DNA of 64,000 nt from Elsinoe ampelina (taxonomy: Eukaryota): NCBI GenBank assembly GCA_010093995.1, contig ML992513.1, forward strand, positions 803,203 through 867,202, in the 5' to 3' direction. Positions 51,376 to 63,173 of this stretch are shown here, one piece after another. Both the position numbers and the translations under genes were made by a program. How positions within the stretch are numbered: position 1 is the first letter of the stretch; each line of letters starts with the position of its first letter. The notes under the pieces were generated by a model, which was not told the origin of the DNA, made no database searches, and worked only from the letters and a program-made list of their open reading frames with translations.

Positions 51376-52659
51376 TTACTTTCTCGACCGCCCTGCATCT
51401 TTCAAAGCCCATTGAACGGCCGAATACACATCCTCTGCGATTGTCCTTGGCTTATGAGCTGGCTCCCGACCTCTGTATACACCGGTCTTGACCAGGATTG
51501 AGACCCACTCGATGCCATGGAGGCTCGTGAAACCGTTCGCGCCCTGGATGTCCGATTCTACCGAATGTCAGTTGTGAACTCGGTGTGACGGCCCTGGTAT
51601 CTACCTGGATTGTCGCCGACCATGTATACCTTCCGCAGAGGCGGCATTGTGGCGCCGTGAGCTTCGGCGACCCTGTCACGATTCGTCCGCAGCTGCTTCT
51701 CTGCATACTCGTACGTCCCTTGGTGCGGTTTCCCGATGACCGTCTTGTGTAACTTCACCCCATTGCTGGGCCCGCCTGTGACAGCTGCCCATACTCCTTC
51801 AAGTGCTTCTCGGAAAGCGCCTTGGCCGAGTCGTGGAAGAGGATTACTGTTTGCCCACCACAAGTCCGGGTTGGAGAAGAATAACGGCGGTTGCCCGTCT
51901 TGTTGGTAGCCCTTGTTGGGCAGACTCTGGTCGCCATTCTTCTTGGACAGAGTGCCATGGATGCCTTGAGAGGAAAGAAGGAAGTCGATCGTGATCTGGA
52001 GATCCAGACCGAGATCTCGTGGGTCATTGTAGACAAAGATTGCATCAATCTTTAATTCTTCTGGAACAATCGTCGGTTGAGCGAACTTGTCGTAATATGA
52101 CTTGAAAGGATTGGAAAACGGCCAGACATCGCGTCTCCCGGCCCAAATATCGCCTGGCGTAAAGACATTTGTGAAACCATACTTTTGCGCAACGTGCCTG
52201 CAATTGTCTCCCTCTCCTCCAACCACTAGTACATTCTTGTCGTGAAATTGCGACAGGTCCCGGAAGGGCGTGTGGCTTTGGATGATCGAGGCTTCCTCCA
52301 GGTCGGGACATTCCAATTTTGCCCTCAAATCGCTGATGCGTGCCAGTTCTGATTTGCCGCCTCCGTTGGTCAAGAAGATGCAGGGGATCTGGGATTTGAG
52401 GAGATGCTGAAGGGCAGCGGGCGAGTTGCCGCAGGGTGCTGAAGATCGGAGAAGGACGCCATCAATGCTGTCGACCCGTCAGAATGAGTGCTGACGTGTG
52501 GTGACCAGGAGGAACAGACTCGAATGCGAATGCAATGTCATTGGGTACGCCAGTCTGGGATATGGTAGGTGAGGACTGCAGCTGCCGACGCGCCGCTGGC
52601 AAGATGAGTGAACGTCCTGTCAATCGCGACGCTGGACCGAGAGACCGAGCCAGAGCCAT
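51376..52659 (-). CDS. HAD-superfamily subfamily IIA hydrolase, HDHD5/CECR5 type, probably mitochondrial; 3 exons
   Basis: Spliced motif I FAF-DIDGVL (intron 52519-52468), LTNGGG, GKP..TY.YA, VYMVGDNP-ESDI.GA (intron ~51605-51558), SILVKTGVY; Arg/Ser-rich N-terminus; stop TAA 51376-51378. Confidence 0.92.
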
Positions 52660-52937
52660 TGGCTATATCTGAAGCGCGCCCAGTCTGCCTGTGATGCTGG
52701 GATGAGACTGGCGGGTGTCATGCAGTGTAGACGGCGGAGCATCAAAGACCGAGAATGAGCCGAGGCAACCGCGGGAAATGCCAAGCTTCAATGACATCGT
52801 CCCTCTTTGCTGCGGAATCAAGCTTGCGTGTGCGTGTGCTTCCCAATATAGCCCTTCCCTTCCTTATTACACGTGTCGCCATGCACACTTTGACCCTTCG
52901 GAGGACCTAGCAGCTCTTCATCAACGCCCAAACCACA
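52660..52937. promoter_or_regulatory. Short bidirectional promoter region between the HAD and RhoGAP genes
   Basis: Head-to-head ATGs with 278 bp between them. Confidence 0.5.
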
Positions 52938-55256
52938 ATGGCAGACTTCCCAAGCAACGGCGACAGCAATGGCGCACTGCCAGCGAATGGCTCAGCACCC
53001 GCAACTGGGCCCTCGGAAACAATCATGAAAGAGATGGACGACGTTTTGTATTCAGATGTGAGCAGGGATAGAGGCCGAGTCTTACGGTTTGACCCACTGA
53101 TTATATCAGATTGGACTCGCGACCATTTTGGATCGATTGAAGCAGAGCATCGCGTCAGCAAGGGTAAGATCGTTTGAAACGGAACGCCGGCGCAGATCTG
53201 ACAGGCATGCAGGACTTTGCGACGTTCCTTAAGAAGCGATCGGTAATGGAGGATGACCATCAGAAAGCCATGAAGCGACTAGTCAAGACCACAGAGGAAG
53301 CGTTGCACCACACCGAGTCGCGACAAGGGTCGTACAAGCGTCAAATGGAAGAGTCGCTCAAGACGCACGCGAAGATGGCCAACAACACCAACAGCTTTGC
53401 TCTGTCTCTCAGCCAAATGCACGAGGATCTTACCCAGCTCACCAACAACATGGAAAGAGGACGGAAAGAGTGGAAGCATGAAGGACTCAGTGCAGAGAAG
53501 AGAGCAAGCGACGCAGAGGCGCTCATGAATCGAGCAAAGACAAAATACGATGGTCTCGCAGACGACTATGACCGAGCAAAGACTGGCGACGTCAAGGGCA
53601 AGGCCAAATTCATCAAGGGACCCAAGAGTGCTGCCCAATATGAGGAGAATGTCCTGCAGAAGCTTCAGGTCGCCGACAACGACTACCAAGAGAAGGTTCA
53701 ACTTGCCAAGTCGCAGCGAGACGAACTGATCAAGTCGACGCGACCTCGCGCGGTAAAGGCAGTTTTGGAGCTGATCAGGGAGTGCGACTCTGCTCTGGCC
53801 ATGCAACTTCAAAAATACGGTACGTCGACGAGGCTTTGGTCAAGCTGGTGCTAATCTGCTCATAGCTACCTTTACCGAAAAGTTGCTCATCGGCAACGGC
53901 GTCCTCATCACACCGCTACCGAATGAGGCCGCTCACCGAAGTCTTCGCGATATCATGTCCGACGTCAACAACGACGCCGACTTCCAGCACTATGTCATAT
54001 CGCACAAACCGAAGGTGCCGGTGAGAAACACCGGTATTGAATATGTCAAGCATCCGGTATTATGGCAATCCGCGCATTTCTAGCGCGTCAATGGGCTGAT
54101 TAGTGAACCAGACACTTGCGCCCAAGACGCAGAATCCTACACCTTCCAGCCGACAATTATCAGCTACTTACCCGCCTCAACAGCCACTGCCTCCTCCGCA
54201 ACAGGAGGCGACGTATGCGCCGCCACCGCAAGACCATAGCAGGTCACACTCGTTCGGTCAGCCTGCGCCGCCACCGTCAGCACCTTACTCGCAGGGTCCT
54301 CCATCACTCCCACCGCAGGACTTTGGACACTCGAGGGAAGCTTCAGGATCGGCATCGTATCCGACAGGCTCTTCTGCGCCAGGTGCGCAATACAATGAGC
54401 CACCTTACCCTACAGGCGGCCCTTCTTCAAATCTCGATGCCCCGCAAGCTCCGTTGCCTCAAATTCCATACCACAACGGACCACCATCTCATACGGCCTC
54501 GCCAATGGGAGGACCAGTCGGGGCACCGCCACCATCGAGTAATTTGCCTCCCCCTACACGACCTGTCTTTGGGGTGGATCTCGATGAGCTCTTTGCCAGG
54601 GATGGCTCGGCAGTGCCCTTGGTCGTCTACACATGTGTGCAGGCGGTAGAATCGTTCGGTCTCAGCGTTGAGGGTATCTATCGACAGAATGGAACTGCTC
54701 AGCACATTACCCAGCTCAAGGCCCAATTCGACAACGATGCATCGAAGGTCGACTTTCGGAATCCGGCGAGCTTCAACCACGATGTCAATAGTGTGGCAGG
54801 TTTACTGAAGCAGTTTTTCAGGGACTTGCCGGATCCACTGTTGACCAAAGAACGATACGGCGAATTCATCAGCGCGGCTCGAATCGATGACGACATTGTG
54901 AGGAGAGATACCTTGCATGCTATCATCAACGGGATGCCCGATGCCAACTATGCAACATTGAGAGCGGTCGTCTTGGTAAAATTCACTTGTATAGTGTTAC
55001 TTGAATGTCGCTGACACGGTGTAGCATCTTAACAGGATCCAAGAGCACCAAGCACAGAACAGAATGAGCAGCAGTAACTTGGCAATCTGCTTTGCGTGAG
55101 TGTTTCCTACGACTGCTTTCCTCAGTGATACTAATGCACTCCAGTCCAAGCCTGATGGGCGTCTCTGGTGGAGCTCAGATCCAGGATTCTGCCTTGCAAG
55201 CTCGAGTAATTGACACGATCCTCCTCAACACGTATTCGATATTCGACGAGGATTGA
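52938..55256 (+). CDS. RGD1: F-BAR (FCH) domain Rho GTPase-activating protein, Rgd1-like, multi-exon
   Basis: N-terminal F-BAR (DFATFLKKRSVMEDDH, coiled coil), Pro-rich linker, RhoGAP domain (PVFGVDL, EGIYR, DVNSVAGLLKQFFRDLPDPL, NRMSSSNLAICF-APSLM); several short GT-AG introns; stop TGA 55254-55256. Confidence 0.92.
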
Positions 55257-55449
55257 GACGGGCACGAGGATGACTTTGAGCATTGCAATCTATTCCCGTC
55301 CTACCATGTAGCGTTATACCACTTTGCGGGAAAATAATGAATGAGCGCATTCTAATGTCTATCTATCTTTCTCTAGGCTCTATGCGTGCATCTACGTCTC
55401 ATGCTAGCCATTCATGCACCATGCTATCCATGCAAGTGGAATACAATGC

Positions 55450-56643
55450 TCACTCCTTGACGACCCACTTCCACCTCCCCTGATCGTCCTCCCTGACAAA
55501 GCCACACTGGGCCCAGTTCTTGCTCAACTCGCCAAAGAAGCTCACATCCTTCCTCTCCCTGTAGTTGCTGCCCAACAATGGCATCATGGCCTGAGTCGCT
55601 CGCTCGGCCTTGTAGAAGGGGATGCGGCTGAATAAGTGGTGTACGACATGGTGGTCGATGATATCGTGCATGAAGTGGCGACCGATGAAGCCAAAGTCCC
55701 TATCGACGGTGGAGAGGGCGCCTTTGGTAAAGTTCCATGTTGAGGAAGAGTAGTATGGTGTCGCTGGGTCGGTGTGGTGCAGGTAGGTGATGGCGACAAT
55801 GAAGAAGTGCACCATCATGTAGGGCGGGAAGTATAGCAGAGCGACCGTGGAGGTGGGAAGCACGTAGGTGGCGCTGTAGACACCGGTCAGGGTGAGGATC
55901 AAGCCAAGGGTGCTCATGGCGATCAAGTAACGCTGGTCGGGTGTGAAGAGATCGGAGTATGGGTTGAGATGGGAGCCGGAGGGGCGACCGCCGTGAGACG
56001 GAGGTCCAGACTTGGGACCCGCGGTGACATTGGTGAGGAGATAGAGCTGGAAACCAGTGATGTGATGGATGAGAAATTGGACAGTTGAGACGATCGGGGC
56101 GTCCTCCCAGAGATCATGAGCGTCGTGGTCGTGGTCTTCGGGGAGCTCGTTCTCCTTGGTCGGGGAGAAGACAGGGTCCCGGTCGATGTGGCCGGTGTTG
56201 CGGTGGTGACGAGCATGGGTGATTTGCCAGGAGAAGAAGGGGACGAGCAGGATCGAATGAAGGACCCATCCGATGAAGGAGTTTACTCTTTGGTAACGAG
56301 AGAAAGCCCCGTGGCCACACTCGTGGGCAAGAATCCAGATACCAGTTCCCACACAGCCCTGGAAGAAGGCATAGATACCCCAAGCAGCGACGCGGAGAGG
56401 AAAGCTCGGGATGTGGTGTATCTGTAATGCTAGATAGACGAGGGCGCCGGCGTAGGAGAGATCGCGAGCGACATAGGCAAGTGAAGTTGGGAGGGACGAC
56501 TCGAAGCAATCCTTGGGAATGGCATCTCGAATCTGTTGAAGCGTTGGGTGAGCATCCTGATCCAGCTTCTTCTGCTCTGGTGATACACCGCGGACACGGA
56601 TGGTCGGGTGGGCGGGGGTGGCAGTCAGCACAATGGTAGACAT
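55450..56643 (-). CDS. FAD2-family (delta-12/omega-6 type) membrane fatty acid desaturase, intronless
   Basis: Three His boxes HECGH, HARHH, HVVHH, plus IRDAIP..CF, AITYLHHTD and GALSTVDRDFG. Start at 56643 (MSTIV) preferred; upstream in-frame ATGs exist. Confidence 0.93.
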   Translation of the reverse strand: MSTIVLTATPAHPTIRVRGVSPEQKKLDQDAHPTLQQIRDAIPKDCFESSLPTSLAYVARDLSYAGALVYLALQIHHIPSFPLRVAAWGIYAFFQGCVGTGIWILAHECGHGAFSRYQRVNSFIGWVLHSILLVPFFSWQITHARHHRNTGHIDRDPVFSPTKENELPEDHDHDAHDLWEDAPIVSTVQFLIHHITGFQLYLLTNVTAGPKSGPPSHGGRPSGSHLNPYSDLFTPDQRYLIAMSTLGLILTLTGVYSATYVLPTSTVALLYFPPYMMVHFFIVAITYLHHTDPATPYYSSSTWNFTKGALSTVDRDFGFIGRHFMHDIIDHHVVHHLFSRIPFYKAERATQAMMPLLGSNYRERKDVSFFGELSKNWAQCGFVREDDQGRWKWVVKE

Positions 56644-58180
56644 GGTTGTGGTGATTAGCAAATGCGGAAGCAGTGCAGCAAAGGAAACCTTTGTACAGAC
56701 TTGTGGATAGGGCAGAAAACCCGCGCTCATTTTGTTTCGCACAATGCTCCTACCTTGTGCGTGAAAAGGACGTGCACAATCAAGCGCGGCCGAGAAGGGG
56801 TTGGCGCAGGTGGACGGGCGAGATCAACGACATGTGAAGCAACGGGAGCGAGGCTCTATGTCTGGTAGCGCCATTCGTCGAGAGGAAGATCGTCTTATCG
56901 CGTTAGAAGCGTGGTTGGAACGAACGAGACAGCTGTCTTTGAAGGGAGCGATAGTTAGATCTCTGATCGCGAGGAACCGGCAATGATGAGCAAGAACAGA
57001 CCCATACCGTGGGTCTCGCGGGGCCCTGCAGGACCCTTGAGTGGTTTCTTTGGAAAAAAGATCTGTGGGAAAAGGAGATTCAACCAAAAAGACATTCTAC
57101 TCTGTAGGGGCAAAAGAGATGAGAGATCCACTATTTTCTCGCCTCAATGGAAAATGCCAATCGGCGGATGCACGTGGCACCGGGCCCGGAGGCGTTGACA
57201 TCGGGAATTATCGTTGGCGCCAGGTGGTGGTGAAGGGGAAAGCCTCGGCCTTTCTAAGCGAGGCTCAAAGTGTCTGATGTTTCTCCGAAGTTGAGTCTGG
57301 AACGTATCGCGTCCGAAGAAAGGATACATACAGTACGAGGTAGGATCCTGCGGGAGTGACATGCGGCTGCTTTTTGTAATAGTCGGATTGGATGTGGTTC
57401 AGGGTCTCCTCGAGCTCTGCATGACCTCTTTTTTGGTCCCCTGCTGACGCGTGTATACATCGAACCTGTGTAAGTGATCAGGCATGGGCGGCAGGGAAGC
57501 GTTTGTAGTGGGCAGCCCCGTTAATATTCTTTCGGCCAACATGGCAATCTGTCTGGACTCCGCCCGCATGGATTTGAGCTTTCACCCATGACATAGACAT
57601 GGTGTAACAGGCCTGCTTTTTGAGCTTGTATCTCTTTTGCCCCGCGTCACAAATCTCTGCCATTCCTGTCTGATGGAATCACGAACCTGAACCTCTCTGA
57701 CTTCTTCAAATTTTGTCAATATCTGCATTCACCACAACTTCCCGACCATTCCGACGAGCCTTGGGAGCCGTGCAGCCTTGTGAGCTCCTTCGTGGTATAT
57801 TGTCTCAACTTCCGAGGTGGCGCAGGTCGTGGATGATGACGAGACCCCAAGATGGAGGCGGCATCCCCTGCTGTCTGCAAAGATCCTAGTGCTGCCCGCG
57901 AATAGGAGACAAACGACACGCGACTTACTAGGCAGCTGACAGGTCCAGAATAGGTAGGTGATGCAACGACAGGCACAACAAAAGTACGTCTTGATCCCTC
58001 ATTGCTGCTAATGCGGCCGGGTCCAGGACTTTCCATCTAAACCTGGCCGCCCCCTCCGGGATCGTCTCTAAAGCAAAATTAACCCTAGGTGATAAATCCA
58101 ACCGCAGATTTCATGCACACGATGAGGCTTGTTTTGTATCCCTCCGCGCCTGGTAAGCTCAAGAAGAGCGTAGGACCACA

Positions 58181-61100
58181 ATGAACGCAACTGGATACCT
58201 TCGCAAGTTGTCCTTGGCAGGTCTCTTTGCCACTCTCACTGGAGCTGTCCCTACTTTGCCGTCCCACAATCACCATCATCACACCCGAGACGTTGCCGGA
58301 GATCCTGGGCCCGGCGGAAATGCACCAGTTCGGCCTTTCCGCCTTGATCAAGTCCGCCTTGGTGATGGCTTGTTACAAGAGAAGCGAGACCGGATGAAGC
58401 CCTTCCTCGAGACCTTCGACGAGCGTCGCTTTCTGATCCTCTTCAACGACCAGGCCGGCCGACCGAACCCGTCTGGACTAGCCGTGCCTGGCGGTTGGGA
58501 AGATGGTGGTCTTCTCAGTGGCCACTGGGCAGGTCACTACATGTCGGCTTTGTCCCAAGCCTATGCCGACCAGGGTGAAGAGGTGTACAAGACCAAGCTT
58601 GACTGGATGATTACCGAATTGGCTGCTTGTCAGGAAGCGATCACTGCCAGACTCGACGCTGCCACAGTCACCAAAAGACAAGCTCAACCCCTTCCAATAC
58701 CAAGAGTCGAGGGAAAGTTCGGCAGCGCTCTTCAACCCAACGGTAACAGCGAGGCCCAATACGTAACCCTTCCGCAAGAGAACATCAACCAGCTTCAAGA
58801 CTTCACTATTGCTACATGGATCAATCTGGCCTCGACGCAAAATTGGGGTCGTCTTTTCGACTTTGGCCAGAGCACGAGCATCAACATGTTCCTCGCTCCT
58901 CGATCTGGCGCTGTCAATCAAGTACCTCGTTTCGCCATCACGACTGGAGGAGCTGGTCAGGAGCAGCAGATCAACGGCAATCAAGCGCTGCCCATCAACG
59001 AGTGGGTGCATGTGGCCGTAACTCTTGCAGGCAACACTGGTACGTTATACGTCAATGGTGAAGAGGCAGGTAGCAACACAGCCATGACACTTGATCCCAC
59101 CAACCTTGGCAGCGCTGGATTGGACGATCTCAATACGGAGATGCTTTTCTCAATGCTACTATCGACGAGTTTCAAATGTTCAACAGGGCACTCACTGCGG
59201 CAGAAGTCCAGTCCATGCAAATCTCACCGAGTGGGACTACCGAAGGCGGTAACATTGCCTGGTACAAGTGCGATGAAGAAGATGGCACCACCCTGTCCGA
59301 TGCGTCTCCGAATAGTAGAGATGCTGGTATCGTTGCCGCCACAGAAGGTGATGCCTCTCTCTGGACCCCTACCTATCCTGGCTACCTCGCCGCATTACCA
59401 GAGGATACTGTTCTACGACTCGGTCCTCCTCGTTGGGCTGTCTATGGAGGTGACAAGGATACCAATACTTGGGCACCTTGGTACACCCAACACAAGATTA
59501 TGCGAGGTCTGCTAGATGCGTACTACAACACCGACAACAAGCAAGCACTCGATGTCGTCACCAAGATGGCGGACTGGGCCTATCTTGCGCTCACACGGGG
59601 CGACAAAAATCACCCGGACTATAAGGGTAATCTTACTCGGGACGATCTCAACTACATGTGGGACTTGTACATTGCCGGTGAGTTTGGTGGAGTGAACGGA
59701 GTTTTCCCGGAAATCTACGACTTGACTGGGGATGCTGAACATCTGGATACAGCGAAAGCTTTTGACAATCGAGAGTCGTTGTTCGGCGCAGCAGTGCAGG
59801 ATGACGATATCCTGGTAGTCACTCCAGACAAGATCCCAGGTCGGCGCCGACAAGCAAGACTTCACGCTAACACCCATGTCCCTCAATTCATCGGCTACTT
59901 GAGAGTGTTTGAGTATAGCGGGGAGCAAGACTACTTTGACGCTGCGAGAAACTTTTACCACTGGGTCGTGCCTCACCGAGAATTTGCCAGCGGAGGTGTG
60001 GGTGGGAGTTATCCTGGATCCAACACCAATGCCGAACTGTTCCAGAATCGTGACAACATTGCCAACGCCATTGCAAAAGATGGAGCCGAAACATGTACGA
60101 CCTACAACATGCTCAAATTGGCTCGCAACCTGTTCCTACATGAGCACAATGCAACATATATGGATAACTACGAACGTGGTCTGTTCAACATGATCCCTGG
60201 ATCTCGTGCCGACACAAGTAACACCGCGAATCCCCAACTCACCTACTTTCAACCCTTGACACCAGGGAGCAATCGCAATTACGGCAACACTGGCACTTGC
60301 TGCGGAGGCTCGGGTCTTGAGAGTCATACCAAGTACCAGGAGACAGTATACTTCCGCACTGCTGACAATTCCGCTCTGTGGATTAACCTGTTTGTCCCAA
60401 CTGTATTGACATGGACCGAGAAGGGCTTCACCGTGAGCCAGGAGACAGAGTTTCCTCGTGGAGATACTGTCAAAGTAACCATGGACGGCAATGGTCAACT
60501 AGATGTCAACCTTTGAGTGCCTGCTTGGATCCGGGAAGGCTTCTCAGTCAGCATCAATGGTCAAGTCCAGAATGTGCAGGCACAACCTGGCACCTATCTC
60601 ACGTTAAGCCGAGCGTGGGCCACAGGAGATGTTATCAATATCTAGATGCCTATGACACTCCGCATTAAACGGACTTTGGATCGTCCAGATACACAAGCAC
60701 TGATGCTGGGTCCAATTCTGCTTCAGATTGTAGGATCCCCACCTGGAGGGACTAGTAACTACCATAGTGTATCACTTTATTAACACTTCAAGCTCGATGG
60801 CTCATACGAATCTGCTTTCACGAGGACGATTAATCCTAATAGCGATCTAACCTTCTCTCTTCTTAGAACAAATCTAACTATGCAACTATACTATATTAGC
60901 GACACTTAACCTATATCGTTCTACTTCCGTCGCCTCGAGCCTAATATAGTCTTTAGGGATAATAATACTAGTGTATAGAATTGCAAGCGTAACGACTGCT
61001 TACCTAGCTATAATATGCCTATTAGAGGTATCGTTAGCCCCGGCTTAGATAGTTCTACCTTCTTAGATATACTTTAGAATAAAGCTCCTTTTAAGGACAA

Positions 61101-61210
61101 GGATAAGTTTATAAGTACTATTATAGCTTAAACTAGGGAATTTATTACTATAAGAGTATATAATTAAGTAGAAGGTAATACTCTAATTAAAGTAGCAAGT
61201 ATATAGTTAT
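58181..61210 (+). pseudogene. Secreted GH127 (beta-L-arabinofuranosidase-like) glycosidase with inserted LamG domain; frameshifted and RIP-truncated
   Basis: Signal-peptide-like start; GGWE..GLLSGHWAGHYMSAL, WAPWYTQHKIMRGLLD, GEFGG, LHANTHVPQ, AETCTTYNMLKL, GTCCGGSG; LamG (DFTIATWI, NEWVHVAVT, WIGRSQY, IDEF). Frameshift at ~59114-59116; stops from TGA 60514 onward. Confidence 0.88.
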
Positions 61211-61934
61211 AAGATAGATCTAATCTAGAAGAGAATTTAGGTTAATTAGAGAAGTATAAATATATTACTATTAGTCTCTACTCGTTCTAGAAAGGAGCTA
61301 AGAAGAAGAAGTAGAATAAGTAGAGTTAATCTTAGATTTAAGTATAGTAACTTACTATCTAGCTTTCTCTAAGTAGTATAGTTAGGTAATTCCTAGATAT
61401 AAATACTCTCCTACGAGACTTATTATTATACTTACCTCGTTTCTAACTTACTTATATACTAACTTTAGCCTAAAGAGACTTCTTATCTATAGTTAATAAG
61501 GAATTTTGTTCTTCTACTAGATTATTATCTAGTAACATAGATATACTATCTATTTATAGCCTTTATAGTAGTAGTAGAATAAATAGTAAGTAGGCATATA
61601 GTAGTTATTAAGGCTCTAGTTATAAGCCTAGTTATTATATATATACTACTACCTCTCTATAATTACTATTATTAACATATATAGAATTAAAAAGCGTACT
61701 ATTAACGCTCTATCTTATATACTCTCGAAATATGTATAATTAGTAATAAGACCTATTTACTTAAGAGTGTTATTTATAAGTAGTATCTATAGTAACTCTC
61801 TAGGAGAGAGTTAATAAGAGTATCTATAGAGAGTATAGATATTAAAATTATAAGAACTAGTATAGAGATAGATATATTTAACTAGTCTATAGCTAACTTA
61901 TTTACTAAATTTATATACCTTAGTATAAACTTAT

Positions 61935-63173
61935 TATTACGAACTAGTAGAATAGCTAAAGTATAGAGACGTTAGGACTAATTAAACTACTAAGGTTATT
62001 ACGTAACCTAGTCTAATATTTACTTAATTCTTTATCTTCTCTAGTAGCTCTACTCTAGAGACTATAGAGCATATAGGTTACTAGTAGATATATACTCTAT
62101 ATTACTCCTAACTCTCGCTATAAAGTATATAAAGTATATAGAGTATATAGTAAAGAATATATATATATAGAAATAGTTCTTACCTTATATAAGTACTATA
62201 GTTAATCTTGTCTAGATAGTAAACACTAGTATTGCTAAGGCTAGCCTTTATAATACTATCTAATTATACTTTATTATCTATAAGATATACCTTCTCTAAC
62301 TCTTACCTTAGTACTATACTACTATAGAAGTAGAACTACCTTGTTTTTAGCTTAGCTTAGACTACTAGTGTAGGCTATATTAGATAGTTTATAATATTTT
62401 AACTACTCTTACTATAGTATAGCACGCTATAAGGTTAATAAGTAACTCTTACTCTAAGTTACTATTAGTATCTTTAATTGCTAGTAAGCTAGAAAAGCTT
62501 ACTATTAATAATATATCTACTACTAGTTTAACCTCGGGCGAATATAGAAAGTCTCTTAGTATAGAGAAAGAATAAAGTAGACCTAAGTTAGAAGTAGAAC
62601 TCTTTTATAAGAACTATATCTACTTAAGGCACTTTCTTATTTAACTTAAAGCCTTCTTTACTCTAGAGAGAGATAAGTACGCTAATAACGTAGTAAAGGT
62701 TCTCTATACTAAGATACACCTTAAAGGCGCTATCTTTAGGTAGTTTAAGCCTTATATAAGTAGCTACCTAGATAGATAACTAAGCCTAGATATAAAGGCT
62801 ATCTTTAAGAGCTTTAATATCTTTTAGGTAAAGATTAAGTAAGTCTTTAATATATCTAATAAGAAGTACATTACTATAATAAAGATCTAATAACTATAAT
62901 AATATAGGTCTATAGCCTAGTACTATTCCTAGTTCTAATAACTTATAATATACCTAGACTAGAATAATAGTACTAAACACTCTATATTCTATTAAGAGCT
63001 AAGTAACTTAGTTAAAGATTAAATAATACCCGAGCTACTAGATAGCCTTTAGGAACTAATAGACACTATAATTGCTATTAATAACTAACTCTATAAATAA
63101 CATATAAAACGTTATAGAGGATATAAGGTAAATATTAAATATATATATTTCTCCCGGAGTTATAGAGACTCTA
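61935..63173 (+). mobile_element. 5' LTR (61935-62396) and gag of a second E3-family chromovirus
   Basis: Reverse complement of E3 LTR 37952-38414, followed by sequence matching E3 37951 down to ~37175. Confidence 0.92.

Noticed and set aside
53279..54780. Long antisense and alternative-frame ORFs over RGD1 (also over the kinase, desaturase and GH127 genes)
   Set aside because: Shadow ORFs of GC-balanced coding sequence with no domain signal.
56662..58180. Short ORFs in the divergent intergenic region between the desaturase and GH127
   Set aside because: All short and motif-free; best read as promoter/UTR sequence.
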